Positions 34,708 to 43,897 of a DNA stretch of 50,798 nt are shown here, piece after piece (the stretch's first letter is position 1; each line of letters begins with the position of its first letter). A program made the position numbers and the translations under genes. The notes under the pieces are model-generated. The model saw only the letters and a program-made list of their open reading frames with translations. It was not told the origin of the DNA and did not search any database. The stretch covers positions 1-50,798 of the IMG/VR virus record IMGVR_UViG_3300049227_000013; one strand, given 5' to 3'. The stretch comes from a virus (Duplodnaviria; Caudoviricetes).

Positions 34708-35784
34708 ATGGCCGAACTCTTCGAGCAACCCGCGGCGTCAACTCCTGCATCTGCGGCGCCGGCAACTCCCTCCGCACCAAGCACACCATCCGAGCCAACT
34801 TCCTCGAGCACTTCCTCCGCGTCCCCGGCTCCGGCTCCGAGTTCCCCGGAGCCGGGATTTACTTCCATCCGAGACGCGATGAAGCCCCTGGGGTTTCAGA
34901 CGGAGCAATTCGGCAACGACGACAACGCGGCTTTCGCGTGGCTGGCGCAGCAGGCTCGGGAAGCGGAGAACCTCCGCCAGTACCAGCCTTACATCCAGGA
35001 ATACATGCAGAACGCCGCGCAGTTCCAGGCGTGGCAGCAAGCACAGCGCCAGCAGCAACAGTATCAGGAGCAGCAGCGTAGCCAGTGGTTCAGGGCTCCC
35101 GAGTTCGATCCGCGTTGGCGTGAGTTGGTCTACAAGGACCAAAATGGCGAGTGGCGGGCCCGGCCGGGTCAAGATCCCTCGATCGTCAACAAGTTCCTGG
35201 CGGCCAATCAGCATCAACTCCAGTTTCTCGACCGTTTCGCCTTCGATCCGATGGGGGCGATCGGGCCGGGAATCCAACAGATCGCCGCGCAGGTCGCGCA
35301 GCAGATCGTTCAACAGCAATTGGGAGGTTATCAGGACACCCAGTTCGCGCAGAGTTACATCCAGCAAAATTCGAGCTGGCTGCACGCCCGCGATGAGCAG
35401 GGCAACGTGCAGATGGGAGCCAATGGGGTGCCGGCGCTCTCTCCGTGGGGCCAGCAGTTCGCCAGTTACCTTCTGGACGCGCAGCGGATGGGCATTCAGA
35501 GCGAGCAGGGGCGTGCGCAGTACGCCTACACGGCGGTGCAGCGCGATTACGCTCTGTGGAAGGTCCAGGGAGGGGGCGCGCAGCAGGCCCAGCAGAACGC
35601 CAATCAGCAGTTCTTGCAACAGCAGGCCGGCACGGCGCCCCAGTCGGGCGGATCGCTGCCGACCAACCCCTTGTCGCCCAACAATCCGAGCCAAAACCCG
35701 TCCTTGGGCCTCAAGGAGCGGTTGACCGGGGCGTTTGCCCGCAACGGGATCACCAATCTGAATTTCGACGAGCAACGCGCTTAG
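34708..35784 (+). CDS. capsid scaffolding protein (putative)
   Basis: Gln-rich coiled coil with disordered ends, directly upstream of the major capsid gene. Confidence 0.7.
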   Translation: MAELFEQPAASTPASAAPATPSAPSTPSEPTSSSTSSASPAPAPSSPEPGFTSIRDAMKPLGFQTEQFGNDDNAAFAWLAQQAREAENLRQYQPYIQEYMQNAAQFQAWQQAQRQQQQYQEQQRSQWFRAPEFDPRWRELVYKDQNGEWRARPGQDPSIVNKFLAANQHQLQFLDRFAFDPMGAIGPGIQQIAAQVAQQIVQQQLGGYQDTQFAQSYIQQNSSWLHARDEQGNVQMGANGVPALSPWGQQFASYLLDAQRMGIQSEQGRAQYAYTAVQRDYALWKVQGGGAQQAQQNANQQFLQQQAGTAPQSGGSLPTNPLSPNNPSQNPSLGLKERLTGAFARNGITNLNFDEQRA

Positions 35785-35793
35785 GAGTAAGTC

Positions 35794-36900
35794 ATGCCAA
35801 CGGTTCCCGACTGGGCACGTATCGCCAATACCACGATCCACGAGTACATCCGGGACGAAGAAGTAAACATTATTCGTAACCGTAAATTGCTCGCCATGCT
35901 CAAGGAGCGGGGACGGATCACGTTCAACCACTCCGGCGACATCATGGACTGGAAGGTGAGGTACAAGCGTGCCCCGATGCAGGGCTACGCCGATACCGAC
36001 ACCTTGACCTTCAGCCGGCGCAACCGTTGGCAGACCGCCCAGCTGGATTGGCGCGGTTACTCGGCCACGGACTCGATGACCAAGATGGAACGCCTCAAGA
36101 ACAAGGGGCAAGAGGCGATCATCAAGATCGCCAGCCAGATCGTCGAGAGTTTGATGGAGGACCTGGACGACCAGTTCGGCGACGAGCTGTATATCGACGG
36201 CTCGGCCGCGGGCAACACCAAGCGCGTCCACGGCCTCGAAACCCTCTTCTCCTCGGTCGCCTCCGCGAACACCCAGAGCCCGATCGGCCTGCCCGCCAAC
36301 ACCTACGCCGGCCTGGTTACCACCCTGGGCAACTACGGCGGTTCGTGGTCGCAGGTGTCGGGTGTGACGACCTGGCCCAGTGGAACGGGCGACGCTCACT
36401 ACGACTTCTGGAGCCCCCTGCCGGTCTCCTACACGTCGGCCAACGCGGGAACCGCGGGTTGGGCGGCGACGACGAAGACCTGGCCCAACACCTGCCGCGA
36501 AGCTCTCCGCTTCGGCATCACCTACGCCAAGAAGAACGCATCGAGGAAGTCGGTCCTCGACATGATCCTCCTGAACGCCGACTTGTGGCGGCAGTTCTTG
36601 ACGAACAGCGACGCGGAGGAGCGAATCGTCGTCGATTCCTCGACGCTCAAGAAGCTCGGCTTCCGCGACGTCGTGAACTTCGACGGCTGCGACGTGGCGC
36701 AGGAATACGGCATCCCCGCAGCGGTGGGCTACGGCCTGTGCATCCCGCAGATGGAACTGCGAAGCCTTCAAGGGCAGGTTTTCGAAGCCGACCCGATCGA
36801 CTTCGACATCGCCAGCCAATCGAACCGCTTCAACGTCAGCTTCTTCGGCAACTTGCGGATCAACCCGCGCTTTCAGGTGAAATTCGCCGCTTACGGCTGA
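35794..36900 (+). CDS. major capsid protein
   Basis: 368 aa; LDDQFGDELYIDG, VHGLET, LGFRDVVNFDG, GNLRINPRFQ; AGGAG RBS; strongly biased codon use. Confidence 0.88.
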   Translation: MPTVPDWARIANTTIHEYIRDEEVNIIRNRKLLAMLKERGRITFNHSGDIMDWKVRYKRAPMQGYADTDTLTFSRRNRWQTAQLDWRGYSATDSMTKMERLKNKGQEAIIKIASQIVESLMEDLDDQFGDELYIDGSAAGNTKRVHGLETLFSSVASANTQSPIGLPANTYAGLVTTLGNYGGSWSQVSGVTTWPSGTGDAHYDFWSPLPVSYTSANAGTAGWAATTKTWPNTCREALRFGITYAKKNASRKSVLDMILLNADLWRQFLTNSDAEERIVVDSSTLKKLGFRDVVNFDGCDVAQEYGIPAAVGYGLCIPQMELRSLQGQVFEADPIDFDIASQSNRFNVSFFGNLRINPRFQVKFAAYG

Positions 36901-36946
36901 GATTTCAAAGGGCGTTCTCTGTCCTTTGGCTTTCGGAGACTTAGAC

Positions 36947-37579
36947 ATGGCACGGTTAGAGCAACCCCCGTTCGGCCGCGGCGAGACCTTTTACCAGGGC
37001 GGCGCGATCGACGCGAACAACCTGGGCGGCCTCAACTACGAGGGCGCCGAGTTCGAGTTCGACGACGTGATCTACAACGCCGCCGCGGGCGCCAAGCCGG
37101 CGCGCACCAACCGCAAGGTGCTCTGCCAGATCGTCCGCAACGTCTCGACCATCGCGCTACTGCCTTCGAGGCTCGTGACGAAGCAGATCGCCGGCACGGA
37201 CGGCCGTTTCATGGAAGGCCGCGTGGACGGCTACGCGACCACCACGGCCCAGCCGGGCGCTTACCCGGTGGACGAATACATTCCGGTGAGCGTGCCGGTC
37301 AACGATCTCTTCTGGATCGTCCTGCACGGCCCGGCGACGGTGCTGGTTGACATCGCGGGCGGTGCCAACAACGTCTTCACGGTCGGCTCGTTCGTGGTCA
37401 GCCTTACGGCGGCGACGTCGCAGGCGACAACCGCGGGCCGCGTCGTGGCTCAAGACTTGACGGGCGCCACGGCGGTCCTGGGCAACCAGCTCCAGAACGT
37501 CGTGGGCCGCTGCCTGTCCGCGGCAACCACGGCCCAGACCACGCAAGGCATCCTGATCGACGTCATGCAGAAATGGTAA
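36947..37579 (+). CDS. capsid cement/decoration protein (putative)
   Basis: follows the capsid gene; DLFWIVLHGP motif; GGAG RBS. Confidence 0.6.
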   Translation: MARLEQPPFGRGETFYQGGAIDANNLGGLNYEGAEFEFDDVIYNAAAGAKPARTNRKVLCQIVRNVSTIALLPSRLVTKQIAGTDGRFMEGRVDGYATTTAQPGAYPVDEYIPVSVPVNDLFWIVLHGPATVLVDIAGGANNVFTVGSFVVSLTAATSQATTAGRVVAQDLTGATAVLGNQLQNVVGRCLSAATTAQTTQGILIDVMQKW

Positions 37580-37614
37580 GCAACCGGGAGTAGTGCCCCG
37601 GAGGGTTAGAGAGG

Positions 37615-37651
37615 GGCCGACGGGGCACCAGCCCTGTCGGCTTTTTCGTTT
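37615..37651 (+). terminator. rho-independent terminator
   Basis: GCCGACGGGGC-ACCA-GCCCTGTCGGC followed by TTTTT. Confidence 0.75.
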
Positions 37652-37659
37652 GAGGTTTC

Positions 37660-38052
37660 ATGGTCGCGCCAGCCATTATCAACGCCAAAGACGGCGGCAT
37701 GAACTACGACATGGACGCGCCATTGCCCGCGCCCACGGACCAATCGTTGACCGGCAACGCTGCCCTGACGGCAGCCACGGCCGCTGTCGTGAACATCGCC
37801 GCCGCGGCGCAACCCATCTATATCCGCCGCATGATCTACGGCTTCAAGGGAGGCACGCCGGCCTCGTCGCTCCAGATCGAGTCTCCCGTGGGCACGATCG
37901 TCTGGGGGCCGATCCCGGTGGGTCAACCGTTCATGAACTTCATTAATTTGGGCTGGGTCTTCCCGGCCAACCAGGCCGTGAGGGTCACGCTTTCCAATCC
38001 CGGTGGTGCGGTGATCGGAGCGCTCCAGGTGGACGCCGACCTAATGCAATGA
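37660..38052 (+). CDS. virion protein, tandem paralog 1
   Basis: 130 aa MVAPAIINAKDGG...DADLMQ. Confidence 0.7.
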   Translation: MVAPAIINAKDGGMNYDMDAPLPAPTDQSLTGNAALTAATAAVVNIAAAAQPIYIRRMIYGFKGGTPASSLQIESPVGTIVWGPIPVGQPFMNFINLGWVFPANQAVRVTLSNPGGAVIGALQVDADLMQ

Positions 38053-38059
38053 GGAACCC

Positions 38060-38452
38060 ATGGTAGCGCCAGCGATTATCAACCCGAAGGACGGGGGCAT
38101 CTATTACGACATGGACGCTCCCTTGCCCGCGGGCACAGATGCGTCGCTTACCAGCGCTCCCGCGGCGCACACGGCCGCTGTTGTCACGATCGCGGCCGAT
38201 CCCGTCAGGCAAATCTACGTTCGCCGCATCCACTGGGGCTTCTCGGGCGGTACGCCGGCTTCCACACTGCAAATCGCCGCAGGATCGGGGCCAACCGTGG
38301 TCTGGGGACCGATCCCCGTGGGCACGGCGGTCCTTAATTTCATTGACGTGGGCCTCGTCTTTCCGGTAAATCAACAGGTCGTCGTAACCCTTTCCGATCC
38401 TGGCGTCGGCATCACGGGGGCCGTGACTGTCGATGCGTACCTGATGCAGTGA
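38060..38452 (+). CDS. virion protein, tandem paralog 2
   Basis: 130 aa MVAPAIINPKDGG...DAYLMQ. Confidence 0.7.
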   Translation: MVAPAIINPKDGGIYYDMDAPLPAGTDASLTSAPAAHTAAVVTIAADPVRQIYVRRIHWGFSGGTPASTLQIAAGSGPTVVWGPIPVGTAVLNFIDVGLVFPVNQQVVVTLSDPGVGITGAVTVDAYLMQ

Positions 38453-39309
38453 GGCAATTCATGCAGTGCAAGGTCCTGCTCCAAACCTTTCCCTACGCCC
38501 GTCCCAATGAACGCTCGGTAGAAGACTGGCTGGCCAAGACGATCATCAAGTGCAAGGCCGACCCGCGCATCTCCGCGGTTCACACGGACCACATTGGCGA
38601 CACGCCGATCACCATGAGCCGCAACCGGGCGCTCAACCGGGCGATCGACCTGGGCTTTGACGTCATTTGCATGGTCGATTCGGACATGAATCCCGACCTG
38701 TACCTGTTCGGCAACCAGTACGCTCACGGGCAGGATCTCCTGGCCAAGCCTTTCTGGGACACCGCGTTCGATCTGTGGTGGAAGCTGAGGACGGGATGCT
38801 TCGCGGCACCCTACATGGGCCCGCCCCCGCATGAGAACTGCTACTTCTTCCGCTGGCGATCGCACGCCAGCGATCAGCCCAATTTCGACTTCCGGTTGGA
38901 GCAGTTCACCCGCGAGGAAGCGGCCGAACGTGCCGGCGTCGAGGAGATCGCGGCATTGCCTACGGGGCTCATCCTGATCGACGTGGCCTCGCTCCAGAAG
39001 ATCCCGCAGCCCTTCTTCCAGTACGAATACACCGACAAGCGCGAGATCCAGAAAGCCTCGACGGAGGACGTCTTTTTCACCCGCAACCTGTCGATCGCCG
39101 GCGTTCCCCAGTACATCCTCTGGGATTGCTGGGCCGGGCACTGGAAGTTGAAGTGCGTCGGCAAGCCCCTGCTCCTGTCGTCGAGTCACATCAACAAAGA
39201 AATGCACGAGGCGGTGCGGAGGAACCAGCCGCTCAACAAGCGTCTGGTCATGTGGGGAGAGACCGATCAGGTCAACGGCGCCCCCAAGGAGATTGTCGCG
39301 GCAAAGTAA
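38449..39309 (+). CDS. glycosyltransferase (GT-A/GT2-like)
   Basis: SRN, MVDSDM (DxD), TGLILID, TEDVFF, CWAGH. Confidence 0.75.
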   Translation: MRQFMQCKVLLQTFPYARPNERSVEDWLAKTIIKCKADPRISAVHTDHIGDTPITMSRNRALNRAIDLGFDVICMVDSDMNPDLYLFGNQYAHGQDLLAKPFWDTAFDLWWKLRTGCFAAPYMGPPPHENCYFFRWRSHASDQPNFDFRLEQFTREEAAERAGVEEIAALPTGLILIDVASLQKIPQPFFQYEYTDKREIQKASTEDVFFTRNLSIAGVPQYILWDCWAGHWKLKCVGKPLLLSSSHINKEMHEAVRRNQPLNKRLVMWGETDQVNGAPKEIVAAK

Positions 39310-39345
39310 GGGATGCTTTCCTAACCCACTCAACGCCGAGGTCGT

Positions 39346-39672
39346 ATGGAAGCACGCTCTTTCGCCGAGATGATTCAGACGTTCGGACTGGCCACAGCTA
39401 TGCTGATCGTCATGGGCATCTTTCTCTGGCGACTTCTGGGCTGGATCAAGCCCTGGGCAGAAAAGGGCATGGAGGCGCATTTGCGGTTCATTGCCAAGAC
39501 CGCCGAAACGAACGAAAAGTTGAGCGACACATTAGAGAGCACGCGCAAGACGATCGCCGAACTGGCCCTGAACGAGCAAAAGGCGCTCGTCAATCACGAG
39601 AAGCTGCTTAGCATGGAGCAGGACCAGAACCACCTTTTGAAGATCCTGGTCGATCGCAAGGAGACTACCTAA
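39346..39672 (+). CDS. holin-like protein (one TM plus coiled coil)
   Basis: FGLATAMLIVMGIFLW. Confidence 0.55.
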   Translation: MEARSFAEMIQTFGLATAMLIVMGIFLWRLLGWIKPWAEKGMEAHLRFIAKTAETNEKLSDTLESTRKTIAELALNEQKALVNHEKLLSMEQDQNHLLKILVDRKETT

Positions 39673-39887
39673 TGGCCGGCGAGCTTCCCGACGTTCCCCA
39701 ATCGTGGTTCGCGTTCGTCAAGGAGATTGGCACCATCATTGCCTCGATCTCCGCTCTGGTCGTGGCGATCGTCGCGGCGAGCAACGGTTGCAAGCACGGC
39801 CGGCAGATCGAGGACAATTCGCAGCGCATCGAGAGGCACGCGGAGAAGATCAGCGAACTCAAGTCGATGGAGGCGAAACAACCGTGA
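39672..39887 (+). CDS. small membrane protein
   Basis: IGTIIASISALVVAIVAA. Confidence 0.55.
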   Translation: MAGELPDVPQSWFAFVKEIGTIIASISALVVAIVAASNGCKHGRQIEDNSQRIERHAEKISELKSMEAKQP

Positions 39888-40186
39888 CCTGGTGGCCGCC
39901 CAACGCTGAGATTCTTGCAGCCATCGCACAAACAAACGCGAAACTTGACAGACTCTATTCCCTAATCACTTCACAAGGAGCCATCATGGCCAGCGATCTA
40001 CAGGCCCTCACGGACCAAGTAAATGCGAGCATCGGCGTGGAGCAATCGGCGATCACGTTGATTCAGGGATTGGCGGCGGACATTGCCAGTCTCAAGAACG
40101 ATCCCGCGGCGCTTCAGGCGTTGGCGGACCAACTGAAGACCTCGGCGGCGAATCTCTCGGCGGCAATCACGGCGAACCCTGCATGA
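39884..40186 (+). CDS. coiled-coil hypothetical protein
   Basis: GTG overlap; DPAALQALADQL. Confidence 0.55.
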   Translation: MTWWPPNAEILAAIAQTNAKLDRLYSLITSQGAIMASDLQALTDQVNASIGVEQSAITLIQGLAADIASLKNDPAALQALADQLKTSAANLSAAITANPA

Positions 40187-40307
40187 TTTCCCATCGCGCA
40201 TGGACGCTGCTCTTTCGCCTGGGCGTGGGCATTTCGGTTCTCGCCGCGGTGTGGTGGTTTCTCGAATGGGTAACTCGACCTCTCTTTAGGGCATGGGAGA
40301 TTTTGAA

Positions 40308-41129
40308 ATGAAACGGCTTGCATTGGTTCTCCTGATCCTCCTCCCCATGTCCTTCGCACTGGCGGCCGACCCAACCCCGCCGCCAGTGCCTATCCGCCTG
40401 CCGGCCGCTCCCGTCGTGCCGACGCCACCAGCGCCGGTTCCTTCGCCCTTGACCCCAACCGTTCTAACGGCGGACCTTCTCTATGTCATTGACTCAGACG
40501 TTGCCTGCCTCATACGAACCTCTCCAGCAGGACTTGTTGATGTTGCTTCAGACACAGGCCCTATCAAAATCCGTGGAAAGTTCGTCGATGGAACTCCTGG
40601 CAAGAGCGAGACGCGAACTTACTCAGGAAAGTTTGTTTATACGCTCACGGCCGCTGCAACTGGTAAGTGCGAGTTATTGATCTTCCCAGTCGGGGCGACC
40701 AAAGACAGCGACATCATCAGCCGCCTGCTCGACTGCCAGTTGGCGCCTCTGCCTCCTCCGGTCCCGCCGATCCCGCCCACTCCGCCGACGCCGCCCGATC
40801 CGCCAGACCCGTTTGAAGCCGCTGCCCCCGCCTTTCGCGTCCTCATCGTCTACGAATCCGCGGACCTGCAAAAATACCCTCCGGCCGTCCTGGCCACGCT
40901 CACTTCCGAGACGTGGCGCAAGTACGTCGAGCCGAAGGGAACATGGCGCTGCTTCGACAAGGACACGGACCTGACGAACTCGCCGGCCCCTTTCAAGAAG
41001 GCGATGGGCAAGGTGGACCCGAGCAAGTTGCCCTATCTCTTCGTGGGCAACGGCAAGACGGGCTTTGCCGGGCCGATGCCGGCCAACATTGACGATCTGA
41101 TGGCCCTGCTCAAGAAATTCGGAGGTTAG
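40308..41129 (+). CDS. secreted protein with Pro linker and thioredoxin-like C-terminal domain
   Basis: signal peptide MKRLALVLLILLPMSFALA; PPVPPIPP linker; RVLIVYES...LPYLFV. Confidence 0.7.
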   Translation: MKRLALVLLILLPMSFALAADPTPPPVPIRLPAAPVVPTPPAPVPSPLTPTVLTADLLYVIDSDVACLIRTSPAGLVDVASDTGPIKIRGKFVDGTPGKSETRTYSGKFVYTLTAAATGKCELLIFPVGATKDSDIISRLLDCQLAPLPPPVPPIPPTPPTPPDPPDPFEAAAPAFRVLIVYESADLQKYPPAVLATLTSETWRKYVEPKGTWRCFDKDTDLTNSPAPFKKAMGKVDPSKLPYLFVGNGKTGFAGPMPANIDDLMALLKKFGG

Positions 41130-41131
41130 AC

Positions 41132-41854
41132 GTGGCCGACCAATACAGCAAAGGCTTGATCCCGCGGAACTACAACGCGCACCCGCCCGGCTACCTGGCC
41201 GTGGCTCCCGTGTTCCCCGACGAACTGCTGATCCCCGAAGTGGAATGGGCCGAGCGGATCAAAGAGAAGCTGGCCAAGGGGAGTCTTCTCTATGACAACG
41301 CTCTCACCACTCCCATCCTCGATCAAGACGGCTATGGGTACTGCTGGGCCCACTCTTCTACAATGGCCGTCAATCTTACAAGGCTGTTCATGGGCGAGCC
41401 TTACGTGGCTCTATCCGCATTCGCCGTGGCTGCCGTTATCAAGAACGGCAGAGACGAGGGCGGATGGGGCGCGGAGTCGCTTTCCTGGATTGCACAAAAC
41501 GGTGTGCCTTCTCAGGACCTCTGGCCGCAAGGATCGGCTAGCCTCAAGTACGACACGCCGGCCATGCGCGCCGACGCGGCGCAGCGGAAGGTGACGGAAT
41601 GGTGGGACGGCACGGACAACCCGGATAAGAATCGGGCGATCATGCACACCTGCATTCTGTCCGACGCTCCGTGCGTTCTCGATTACGACGAGTGGGGTCA
41701 CAGCATCGTCGGCGTTTACTTGCTCGGCGTCGACAAGCCGGTGATCAAGAACTCATGGAAGGGCTGGGGAAACAACGGCGTCGCTCCTCCTGAAGTGAGA
41801 CGACCGGGCAATGTCAGCGGCATCGTTGTTCCGCGGGTGATCATGGCCGCATGA
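41132..41854 (+). CDS. papain-like C1 cysteine peptidase
   Basis: DQDGYGYCWAHS (Gln/Cys), WGHSI (His), KNSW (Asn). Confidence 0.85.
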   Translation: MADQYSKGLIPRNYNAHPPGYLAVAPVFPDELLIPEVEWAERIKEKLAKGSLLYDNALTTPILDQDGYGYCWAHSSTMAVNLTRLFMGEPYVALSAFAVAAVIKNGRDEGGWGAESLSWIAQNGVPSQDLWPQGSASLKYDTPAMRADAAQRKVTEWWDGTDNPDKNRAIMHTCILSDAPCVLDYDEWGHSIVGVYLLGVDKPVIKNSWKGWGNNGVAPPEVRRPGNVSGIVVPRVIMAA

Positions 41855-42036
41855 GCGCACATCACTGGAACTGGGTCGGTTTGCCGCACGATTGGCTCTT
41901 GCTCGACGGCGCCACGCTCGTCGGCAGTTGGAGCCTCGCCGAGAACGCGTTCCACTACTACCACTCAAGCAACGGCAGCTGGGGATACCCCGAGCCGCTC
42001 CCCGATGGCTGTCCTCTTCCGCCAGGAGTCGAGTGA
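41851..42036 (+). CDS. Trp-rich small protein
   Basis: 61 aa, ATGA overlap. Confidence 0.5.
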   Translation: MSAHHWNWVGLPHDWLLLDGATLVGSWSLAENAFHYYHSSNGSWGYPEPLPDGCPLPPGVE

Positions 42037-42138
42037 CCGAGACAATCGAGCAATGGGCATCTGTTTGGTGGCTGCCCGTCTTTGTGGTAATATCTGCCGC
42101 GTGCTTTTACCTGTTCTGGTTCCCCAAGGAGAAGTGAA

Positions 42139-42441
42139 ATGGCTCTAACCCCGTACCCGACCAGCCTGGCACCCGAGGACTGGACCGTTGTGATCGACGC
42201 CCTCAAGGGCAACTTCGACGGCACCGCACGCATGGCCCATTGCGTCTACGACGCGATCGGCTTCGCGCTGGGGCAACTGCTGCCCGACACCGCGGGAATG
42301 CAGGCGGTTTCCTTCGCCTCGCATCCCATGAAGGCCGAGTTGGCGGCCGTGGGCGCTATCGACTGGAAATCGCTCCTGGCGCTGCTCATCAAGCTCCTGC
42401 CGCTGGTGCTGCCGTTCCTCAATCCGACGCCGGCAGCGTAA
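42139..42441 (+). CDS. hypothetical protein with C-terminal hydrophobic helix
   Basis: AAGGAG RBS; IDWKSLLALLIKLLPLVLPFL. Confidence 0.6.
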   Translation: MALTPYPTSLAPEDWTVVIDALKGNFDGTARMAHCVYDAIGFALGQLLPDTAGMQAVSFASHPMKAELAAVGAIDWKSLLALLIKLLPLVLPFLNPTPAA

Positions 42442-42491
42442 GACGAGTAAAATTTTCGACCCTTTTCTTTAATCCGAAAGGAATCGTTAAA

Positions 42492-42746
42492 ATGCACACG
42501 ATCTTCCTCACCATCGCCCTTCTCGCCCCCAACGATCAACCCAAACCCGAGGTCCTGCCGGCTCCGGCCGTCCAGGAGTACCGGCAGACCAAACCGGCCC
42601 CGACGCCCGCTGCGGCCCCTCAGACGTGCCAGGACGGCTCCTGCGCCGTGGCGGCTTCCGGGACGGTTGTGCGGGAAAGACACGTCCTGCGCGTTCGTGG
42701 AAGGCTTTTTGGCCGTTTCCGCGGCCGATGTGCGAATTGTGGGTGA
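42492..42746 (+). CDS. small secreted Cys/Arg-rich protein
   Basis: MHTIFLTIALLA signal, CQDGSC, Arg-rich tail. Confidence 0.55.
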   Translation: MHTIFLTIALLAPNDQPKPEVLPAPAVQEYRQTKPAPTPAAAPQTCQDGSCAVAASGTVVRERHVLRVRGRLFGRFRGRCANCG

Positions 42747-42806
42747 CGTGGGGATAAACGAGTCAAAGGAGGAGAGCGGACGGTGACTGTTTTGACTCTA
42801 AGAGGA

Positions 42807-42841
42807 ACGGCGTGCCCGATAGGAAGTCAGGCACGCCGTTT
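42807..42841. terminator. hairpin between convergent operons
   Basis: AACGGCGTGCC-N13-GGCACGCCGTT. Confidence 0.65.
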
Positions 42842-42846
42842 GTGCT

Positions 42847-43026
42847 TCAACACTGGAACTTGTGCATTCTCTCGATGGTCGCGCAGAGTTCGGCGATCTC
42901 GGTGGCTTGCTCCTCAACCCGTCCGTTTAGGAATTTTATATTTGATTCGAGGTACTTGACGCGAGCCGCCAGCCGGTCGCGTTCGGCAAGAGCCATACGC
43001 AAGGCTTCTTCCCAATTCGCGCTCAC
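42847..43026 (-). CDS. coiled-coil hypothetical protein
   Basis: GTGA overlap with upstream stop. Confidence 0.5.
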   Translation of the reverse strand: MSANWEEALRMALAERDRLAARVKYLESNIKFLNGRVEEQATEIAELCATIERMHKFQC

Positions 43027-43685
43027 GGCTTCCCCTCCATCGCGTCCACGAGACGGCAGCGGAGGCACCACTTATCGAAGTTGTCTCTATGCCAATACTC
43101 AGAACATGGACCACGCGATCCAGTTATCGCCCAAATCTGCTTCTCGCACGGCATCTTCACCACCTCGCTCAGCACGGCGGCAAGGCGAGCGCCGGTGTCG
43201 GTGGAGAGGGCTTTAGCACGGCTGACGCATTGAGGATGTTCGCAAGTACATCCCCAGGTATGGCCGAACTGTCCACCGACGACTGCACCTTGATAAGCAA
43301 AGCGCAATTGGGCCACTCCCGCTTCCGCCCGCAGCCGGGCCTCGCGCTCGCGGTCGAGGGCGGCTTGGAGTTCGGCGATCTTGTCTCGCTGCTCCGCCAT
43401 GATTGCGATGTTGCCGCCGATGGTTCCTTCTTCGCTTGTCCCCTCGGCTATTCGCACTTCGCCGAGCTGGAACAGAGCGCCACGCAGCGCCGCCTTCGCC
43501 TCGGCCAGTTGCGTCGTCAGCCCTTGAATCTCCTCCTTGGCGCGGGCTAGGTTGTCATTGGCCATGCCGCATTCGGCAGTCAGGCAGATGGGGCAAGCGC
43601 CTTCGCTTGCCCAATGCGCCATGCGGACCGCTGAGTGCTCGCAACCTTCAATACGCTTAGCGGGTTCCACCGTCGGCTCGCTCAT
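43023..43685 (-). CDS. coiled-coil, Cys-containing hypothetical protein
   Basis: AAGGAG RBS, MSEPTVE start. Confidence 0.6.
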   Translation of the reverse strand: MSEPTVEPAKRIEGCEHSAVRMAHWASEGACPICLTAECGMANDNLARAKEEIQGLTTQLAEAKAALRGALFQLGEVRIAEGTSEEGTIGGNIAIMAEQRDKIAELQAALDREREARLRAEAGVAQLRFAYQGAVVGGQFGHTWGCTCEHPQCVSRAKALSTDTGARLAAVLSEVVKMPCEKQIWAITGSRGPCSEYWHRDNFDKWCLRCRLVDAMEGKP

Positions 43686-43706
43686 CGCTTGCTCCTTGAA
43701 AAGATT

Positions 43707-43844
43707 CGCGGCTGGCCGGATTTGCACCGGCGGTCCCCTGCCCAGGTCCGACCCGCTCTCGCAGGACTTTCGGCAATCTTCGGGCTTTACGGGGCCACGC
43801 TCAGGTTCATTGCGTTGCGTGCCCGCTCATTCACGCACAGCCGC
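43707..43844 (-). ncRNA. tRNA-like structured RNA (~138 nt) with long variable arm
   Basis: acceptor GCGGCTG/CAGCCGC, D-arm CGTG/CACG, T-arm GCCGG-TGCAAAT-CCGGC. Confidence 0.55.
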
Positions 43845-43897
43845 GAAGTTCGTCACGCCGTCGCCTTGAGTGCGAACGGCGTAAGTTAGTCCGCGCC

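Noticed and set aside
34604-42846. Capsid operon as an actively invertible segment
   Set aside because: I found no matching inverted repeats between the two junction regions.
43700-43745. Cobalamin riboswitch (GCCGGTGCAAATCCGGC)
   Set aside because: The downstream GCCACTG element is absent and the hairpin fits better as the T-arm of a tRNA-like fold.
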